In this document: in pieces, positions 50,780 to 57,876 of the stretch | Layout of the letters: the number at the start of each line of letters is the position of its first letter | How positions within the stretch are numbered: position 1 is the stretch's first letter | Origin: Chiloscyllium plagiosum | Lineage: Eukaryota | Length of the DNA: 57,876 bases | NCBI RefSeq assembly: GCF_004010195.1 | Contig: NC_057751.1 | Span: 11,870,407 to 11,928,282 of the forward strand | Direction of reading: 5' to 3' | Program-made: the position numbers and the translations under genes | The notes under the pieces: generated by a model | Told to the model about the DNA's origin: nothing | Databases searched by the model: none | What the model saw: only the letters and a program-made list of their open reading frames with translations

Positions 50780-51130
50780 TTCTTCATTTTTTCATGGGAT
50801 GTGGGTATTGATGGCTTGGCCAGCATTTATGGTCCATTCTTAACTGCCTGTGAAATGAGTGGTTGCTGGGCAGAGAGTCAGCAGTCACACGTCGGCCTGA
50901 CCAGTTAAGGATGGCAAACTTCCTTCTCCAAGGGACATGATTGAGCCAAAGGTTTTTTTTAGAACTATTGATAATGGATACATGGTCACCATTAGACTAG
51001 CTTTTCGTTCCAGATTTTTACTGAATTTTCATTTCAGTGTTGACCATGGTGGGATGGAAACCAACCCAGAACATTAGCTAGGGGCTCCACGTAACTCGTC
51101 CAGTGAGATTACCATCTTGCCACTATCTCC
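50780..51130 (-). mobile_element. Second SINE-like family copy
   Basis: Homologous to 8652-8970. Confidence 0.7.
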
Positions 51131-51372
51131 TGATCTTTGAAGTGTCACATTTTTCATCAATGGTTATTTATTAAAATTACAGTTGATTAAATAACTGAAG
51201 TCAAGCTGTTCAGCTGCCACAGTCGGATTCAGACTCTGATATTGCTATCTCAATATTTCATATCTCTTGGTAAAATTGAGCCCTCTCACTAAGTCTATGT
51301 TGGATCTTCCAACCTGCATGGTTTAAAAAACTTCTTTTATGAAGTGTAAAGGATGATTATTGTGGAAATAAT

Positions 51373-51811
51373 TTTATTTTATGAACTTCAGATGTTCGTA
51401 CTTATGCTGAAAAGCATTATTCATTATGCAGTGTGGTGAAGATTGAAATTGAGCAGTAAAAGAAAACGATACGGGAGTCATTGTCATGAGTTTGGTACTA
51501 TTTCTTGCTTGGATTCTGGTTTGGGTCAAACTCATGATAATGACTCCATAAGACAAAGAAGCAGAAATTAGGCCATTCAGCCCATTAAGTCTACTCCATC
51601 ATTCAAACATTGCTGATGTTTCTCAACCCCATCCTCCCGCTTTCACCCCATAACCCTTGATCCCCTTGATACTTAACAACCTATCTATCTCAGACTTAAA
51701 TGTACTCAGTGGTTTTCTTTTACTGCTCAATGTCAATCTTCACCACACTGCATAATGGGAAATGCTTTTCAGCATAAATAGAAACATCACACCTGAAGTT
51801 CATAATATAAA
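51373..51811. repeat. Long palindrome (MITE-like) interrupted by a CR1 tail at about 51548-51708
   Basis: Arms 51373-51467 / 51712-51811 and inner arms 51474-51494 / 51527-51547 are reverse complements. Confidence 0.9.
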
Positions 51812-52600
51812 TATGAGTTATCATGCAGCCAAAAAGAGTTGGAGAGCACATAGACAATTCCACGAGTTGGAAACACAGGTGCGATTGTCAGTGAGGTGAG
51901 GAGGGATGTAGGATCACTCAGTGGCTAGTATATCCCCGTCACCTTTGCAGCAATTACATCTTTGATGGTGAGTTATTCCTCCCTGCACTTCCAATTTCTT
52001 TTCTGCAGTCTGAGTTAACTTCATCACCTCTGAGGAAATTTGAGCGAAAGTGGAATCTGGCTGGAATGAAGGATGATAATAATCGAGATGAGAGACTCCT
52101 GATGTTATATATCATTGTTTTACTTCACTGGATGCTGTTCTTGATAACTGCATAAAGTGAGGTCTGGAATGGTTTCACGTTTGCAACTCCCAAATCACTT
52201 TCAAATGCTTGAATCCAGTCATGATCTGCATATTTACGCATAAAATGGCCATCTAAATGAAGCTTCATAGTAATTCAGATTTAATGTTCAATGCTGAATG
52301 ACACTGAACTTCCAAGTGTTAAATTAGAGGGCACCTGACAAAAATTTGGGTTGTACAGTATTCCCTGGATTTAACAAGTTGAGGTGCAATTTGATTGAGT
52401 GTTGAAAATATTAAGGGGATTACGGGCATAACCTAAAATATAGAAACAGAACTTTCAGGGAAAGTCATCATTTGTCTAAAATATGTTCTGCGTTTTGAAG
52501 TCAAACCATATTTGTGATGTGTTTTGAGATACTCACATAGTACCATGTGTAGAGTAAACATTTCAACTCCCAGCATTCTTCTTGTATGAGTCTGCAGTTT

Positions 52601-53010
52601 CACTCAAAATTCTGCTGTAAATTTTACAAGTGATAGTGTAATAAAAGCACACTGAAAACATCACTGAGTTGAAGAGTTCATATAGGAACAGGATATGATG
52701 AGAAAATCAACTTCTCCTTCCTTTAAATGCACATAAGTACAGCATGTTTCATTGTTTTCCTGAGTTGGCCCCAGTCCTGCAGCCTCTGTTTCTCTATCCA
52801 GCTCTTCAACTTCTGAGATTTGGAAAACCTGCTCAATTCATACGCAAAAGAACCTGAAGTCTATTTCTTAAAAAAAACTTCAGCATTAAACATCCTTCGG
52901 ATGATTTGAGCAGGCTGTTGCAAATCTCAGAGGTTGAAGAGATTTTCAGTGTGCTTTTATTGTGCTATCAGTTATTACTTATAGTAAAACTTGCAGCAGA
53001 ATTTTGTGTG
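52601..53010. repeat. Second long palindrome (MITE-like) with an insert in the left arm
   Basis: Arms 52601-52662 / 52941-53010 and inner hairpin 52802-52941. Confidence 0.85.
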
Positions 53011-53089
53011 AGTGTTCTTTGGGGGGGTCGGTGTGGACTTAGTGGGCCAAATAGCCTGCTTCCTCACAGTAGGGATTCTAAGTTTCTAC

Positions 53090-53790
53090 ATCCAGCAGTG
53101 GTGATGTTGGTGTCTGGGACATTGTCTGTCAGGTATGATTCTGTGAGTATGACTGTCAGACTGGTCTGTGAAACACGTCTTCCAGTTTTGGCATGAGCCT
53201 GCAGAAGAATTCAAAAACTGAGCCAGAACATAAAAGTAGGTCACCTCAGGTATTCTAAAGTGGGGACAGTAAACATGCAGCTAAACACTCAGACAACGTA
53301 GGGTTAATCAGACCTGGTTCAACTTAAGCAAACATATAGCCAAGCTATCTTACCGCAACTTGTCCCAATTCAGTGACACAACAGGAAAGTAAACCACATT
53401 CAAACTGTGTCGCAGAAGTTTGAGGGAAATGATCTGATGGTAAGTGCCATGTACTCAAAACACAATGTGATTGATCTATTACCAAGGCTTGAAAATCATT
53501 ATGTAATTGGTCAATAGGAAGAAACCGAAGTATAATTGACGTGGATTTGTGTATAAAAATGTGATTGTAACCGCCAAAAGACAGACTTTCTGGGCAAAGG
53601 CAACCAATGTCCCTTTAAGGTTGAGACCCTCGGATTGCAAGTAATAAACGTGCTGTGAGTGTATGTAACAAGAATCCTGCGGTCTGAATAAATGTTCCTT
53701 CGACAAGCCCCCAGATATTAGTATTTTGGACTTTTCAGGGTCGATAGGGCTCTTTCTGTTGTTTTTTCTGGTGCCAAGATGGTCCATTTG
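53090..53790 (-). mobile_element. Fragments of the 5' part of a LINE endonuclease ORF (probably the second LINE family)
   Basis: - strand VILTESYLTDNVPDTNITT (APE N-terminal E motif) near 53095-53155. Confidence 0.55.
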
Positions 53791-53794
53791 GTTT

Positions 53795-54110
53795 AATTTC
53801 TTTGAGATTTTGGAGTAACTGATACAACTGAGTGATTCGCTTGGCCTTTTCAGAAGGCACAAAGCTGTGGGTCTGGAGTCACATGTTGTTCAGACCAGAT
53901 GAGGATGGCAGATCCTGAAGGACATTAGTGAGCCAGGTGGGTTTTTCCAACAATCAACAATGGTTTCCGGGTTGTCAGTAGAATCTTAATTACAGTTTTT
54001 TTAATTGAATTAAATTGCCAGCATAGATTTAAACCTGGATCCCCAGGCAATCAGCTGAATTTCTGGAATAATTGTCTTGCAATATTGCCACTAAGCCATT
54101 GTCTCCCTTT
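53795..54110 (-). mobile_element. Second SINE-like family copy
   Basis: Homologous to 8652-8970. Confidence 0.7.
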
Positions 54111-55150
54111 TGTGAAGTCTTCAGATGATTTTCTGACTCCATGCTCAGTCTGAAACCTGAGCCACAGCTGACACCAATAGTGGGATGGGCAGCACTTTGA
54201 ATAAGCATTACTTGAAACCTTTCCACCTAATTATGTAAATGACTGAAAATCACAAGGTTTGCCGACTTAAAAGTTTCCAAACCTGCACTGCCTCCCCAGA
54301 GATCACAAAAATTCAAAGAATGAAGCTCATATTGTGACTAATCATTTTCCCTCCACATTGCAGGAAAATGTCCAACCGTTGATGCTAAAAGAACCAAAAT
54401 ATTTCAAATGCATTGTTGGATCTGTGGACGGTTTGATTTTGGAATAAATTTAATTATACCTTTCAGCATGTATTGAGTGGTCTGTATATCCAACCAAAAC
54501 ATTTCTGGGATAGCTTGAAAGCTGCACTGTTGCACCTGGTCTGTATATTCTGGAGCATAAAATATCTGTTGCAGTCCTTGGAGCTCACTCATATTATTAT
54601 GAACTGGGACATTCCAGATTCACATGGTTCTTTCACACTGAATAGGATTCTGACCATAGCCAAGCCAAGAGCTTTCATTGCAAAAGTGGAAGAACTGGAA
54701 ATCAACCTGCACTCGTCCCAAATCATGCCATATGCACCACTCAAAGAATGAAGGCAGAGATCAATTATGTCACATATTTACCCCAGGTACAATATGGTGG
54801 CAAAGGTTATCGGAGTTGTTGCAGAACAATGTGATTCTTCAAAATACTGTTTGTCTTACGATTTTCTAATGTCACTTCTGTTATCATAGAAGTGAATAGT
54901 TTTGTTTTAAAATGAAGTGAGTGAATATCTAGGGTTGACATTTAAAACCAATAAAATTACAGGCATATGAAATGATCTACTTATTATTCTCAAAGCTAAA
55001 GTGATTTAAGTACAATAGCATGGGTAATGATGGCATCCAACGGTCATAATCCAGACTGTTTATTCTTATCTACTCTGTGTGTTTGCACCTGGGAAAAATA
55101 GATCTTCAACTGTCACAGAAAGTTTACAAGTTTTTACTTTGTGTTCACAG

Positions 55151-55216
55151 AACAAACGGGCCATTTTGCCCCAGACTCGATATGTTGAGCTCTTTTTGGT
55201 TGTCGATAAGGACCTG
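55151..55216 (+). CDS. ADAM9: ADAM9-like exon (probably exon 7), furin site and start of metalloprotease domain
   Basis: Acceptor ttcacag, donor GACCTG/gtaagt; 66 nt; NKRAILPQTRYVELFLVVDK resembles human RRRAVLPQTRYVELFIVVDK, the most ADAM9-diagnostic segment. Confidence 0.95.
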
Positions 55217-55315
55217 GTAAGTATGAAAGCTGCTTTCTGTAACCAAAATGAAATGAGGTGTCTATAAAAGTGTAATTGCTCCCCTTAAATTTTATTTTTT
55301 TTTAATGTGTTCCAG

Positions 55316-55384
55316 TATGATATGACCAAGAATGAGACTGCTGTGAGGGAACAGATGGTTCAGCTTGCTAATTACCTTGATGGA
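55316..55384 (+). CDS. ADAM9: ADAM9-like exon (probably exon 8), metalloprotease domain
   Basis: Acceptor ttccag after a T-rich tract, donor GATGGA/gtaagt; 69 nt; YDMTKNETAVREQMVQLANYLDG resembles YDMMGRNQTAVREEMILLANYLDS. Confidence 0.95.
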
Positions 55385-56082
55385 GTAAGTTCATTTCCAC
55401 AATTTCACTTCATGCTATGTGGAAAATTATTGTTGCCTTTTCTTGACTTCAGGCTTAAAATGCTCATGTATCTTGTCCCAAGTCTCCCAGTTTGGAGACT
55501 TCTCGCAGCCTGGCTATATTCATAGGTCAAGCAACACCACTGGGCAGTGAAGAAAAAGAAATTGGCTTTTCATAGTTTCTGTGTATACAGGTTTTAACTT
55601 GTAACAGGCAATTCTACAAGGACCTGAAGAAATTCTACTAAATACTGAACAATCTTCCATCATTATTCGACCTTGCCTTTCCTTGATTTGGAAGAGTTTG
55701 AAAGCTTGCGGTGATTTTAGTCTGAATTAGCATCCCACATGTATTCAATTTTTGACTTGAATTAAGTTGGACATGTTTTGAGTTAATGCACTAGATTCTG
55801 AATTATTAAGGAGCATTTGGTATTGCATTTGCTTTCTTAATGGGAGAGTTTCCCCGAATTCCACTGTGTGAAGGTTTAGATCAGAGGCACAAGGCTGGTG
55901 CAAACCAAGGGCAAACAAAGCGAAGACAGTGTGTGGGAACAGTCATTAATTTTCCAACTGTGTTGCATCGAACCAGAATAAAGTGCCTGCTTTTCTCTGA
56001 GGAGCAGGATATGAAGCTTTCAAATCTTAAAAATATTTGCAACCAACTGCTTTGGCTGGCTGACTGTGTACTGCAGACTATC

Positions 56083-56340
56083 TCATAAGAATATAGGAGC
56101 AGGATTAGACCATTCAGCCCCTGAAGCCTGCTGTGCTGTTCAAGATTATGGCTGATCATCTGCCTCAACGCTATTTTCCTGAGCTATCTCCCATGTCCCT
56201 TGATATCATTTGAATCTAGAAACCCATCTTGAACACACTCAATTACTGAGCTTCCAAAGCACTCCAAGTTAGAGAGTAAGATATTCGCTCCCCTCCAAGT
56301 GAAAGAAATCTTCCTCATGTCAGTGCTTAATGACTGTCTC
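56083..56340 (-). mobile_element. CR1 3' tail fragment
   Basis: cataagaatataggagcaggattagaccattcagccc resembles 44715-44760. Confidence 0.75.
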
Positions 56341-57384
56341 TATAGTGTAGGGATGAGCAAACAGATAACTGGAAACAGAGCTTTGCTACAACAACTAATG
56401 GAGCACTTGATTTGAATGGTTCACAGCACCCACACTTGACATCTCTCCACTTCCTTCCAGTCTTATACAAACAACATCTGTTCAGCAAACCAACTTTTTA
56501 TTCATCTTAATTATAGCATTGCCATCAGCAAAGGAATAGTTTGCACAGAAAATTTCACTGAACAATTGTTTTGCATACCCAGAAATGATTTTTAAATGTT
56601 TTTCTATTCTGGGTAATCTCTTAGTCGTATGTGCCATCAGAAAAGGTAAAAAAGATTAGGTGTTTATTGCGGTTCATTTAATATTTACTAGACCTATATT
56701 TAATATTTAATAGTCAGTGAGTTCTTGCAGCTTGAGTCTGGCTCTGCTATGCAGCAACTCTCAGTCCATCAGGGACCTCTGACCAAGCTGAACTTTTGGT
56801 ACAAGGTTGACAACTAGTCCCAAGGATTCAGTAGTTGTCATAATGAGAGATAACATCAAGCTATATCCATACTGCATGGCAGCTTGTGCTTTCTGACTTG
56901 ATGAACCATTTCTACTGGATGGCTGGAGGGCAGACCCTCTATTCGGCCTTTTCTTTCTGTTGAGACATTTCTGTCTGTCCAAGGCACACAAGGTGGCTGA
57001 GCACAGTGCTTATATCATTTTAGAATTAGCATTCCAGGGTTAATCAAGTAGCGGTGCCTCAGAATTCTGAAAGTGAATTTGGTTATTGTAGCAACCAATA
57101 GGGTGACTACATCTCATGCCTTCTCCATCCATACCTGGCAACTTGTTCTCTACAGTTCTGGTTGACAATTGATGAGGAAGAGAATTTCCTTTGCAACAGG
57201 AATTTGCTTTCATGTAACTGTACCCCAGCATCTCTGGGAGGAAGAAAATCTCTGCTAAAAGCCATATTTCCTGCTGCACCGACTCCAGCCTCTCCCTGTC
57301 TCCGTCAATCAGTTTATTACTTCACTCACACTATTGCTGTAATAAGGTGGCCACACTGCCAGATTTTACAGTTTCTCGTTGACA

Positions 57385-57876
57385 AGCTAAGGGTTTTCAA
57401 CTTATCGAAAAGACAGGGAGGTGGGCAGAGGGGGCGGGGTTGCCTTGTTAGTTAAGAACAAAATTAAATCTATGGTGCTGAATGACACAGCGTCAGATGA
57501 TGTGGAGTCTGTGTGGGTGGAATTGAGGAACCACAAAGGCAAAAAAACCATAATGGGAGTTATGTACAGACCTCCTAACAGTGGTCAGGACCAGGGGTGC
57601 AACATGTACCGGGAAATAGAGAAGGCATGTCAGAAAGGCCAGGTCACAGTGATCATGGGAGACTTCAATATGCAGGTGGACTGGGTAAATAATGTTGCCA
57701 GTGGATCCAAAGAAAGGGAATTCATGGAATGCTTACAGGATGGCTTTTTGGAACAGCTTGTCATGGAGCCCAAGAGGGAGCAGGCTATTCTGGACCTAGT
57801 GCTACGTAATGAACCAGACTTTATAAAAAAATCTTAAAGTAAGGGAACACTTAAGAAGCAGCGATCATAATATGGT
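57385..57876 (+). mobile_element. CR1 APE endonuclease fragment running off the window end
   Basis: GGGVALLVK, YRPPNS, GDFN, ILDLVL and SDHN motifs. Confidence 0.9.

Noticed and set aside
54473..54751. RTE-like LINE remnant (QPKHFWDSLKAAL)
   Set aside because: Only a short weak resemblance; cannot be supported without a search
55385..57876. Next ADAM9 exon (expected LNIRIVLVGLEIW-like)
   Set aside because: No matching sequence seen; presumably beyond the window end

Overview
This is eukaryotic (vertebrate) genomic DNA, very probably an elasmobranch (shark/ray), judged from HE1-type V-SINEs with (TAATC)n tails and abundant CR1 LINEs. The window lies inside one + strand protein-coding gene, an ADAM9-like metalloprotease. 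Seven GT-AG exons (10855-10970, 20644-20708, 34442-34520, 37713-37789, 47887-48097, 55151-55216, 55316-55384) splice into one open frame of 683 nt: DDLHSSSYQTLKLSAYEITIPQQLTEREKRDADLSPFAQ/GRLSYSIQVEGREHIVHMKRNE/DIVPKDFKMFTYSNNGSLISTRPDVQ/DHCHFKGYVEGMDNSMVALSTCSGLR/GLLQTSDTHYAIEPLESSSTFQHIVYRMEDLLEEHLVCGVSDLASTMQPVDQERAEQHSHDGHSMTGFLR/NKRAILPQTRYVELFLVVDKDL/YDMTKNETAVREQMVQLANYLDG. This covers the prodomain and the start of the protease domain; I found neither the signal-peptide exon nor the HEXXH exon in the window. The introns are mostly nested, decayed retroelements: CR1 LINEs, a full-span L1, a Gypsy provirus with both LTRs, solo LTRs, SINEs, Penelope-like fragments carrying minimal hammerhead-ribozyme motifs, and two long palindromic (MITE-like) elements. 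There is one 470-N assembly gap. Almost all ORFs in the supplied track are transposon debris or noise. I see no new protein-coding system. The most unusual signals are the short hammerhead-bearing Penelope-derived insertions with target-site duplications and inversions, a human-L1-like YY1 5' end on the L1, and the intronic hairpins. Transposon boundaries are approximate unless a TSD is quoted.
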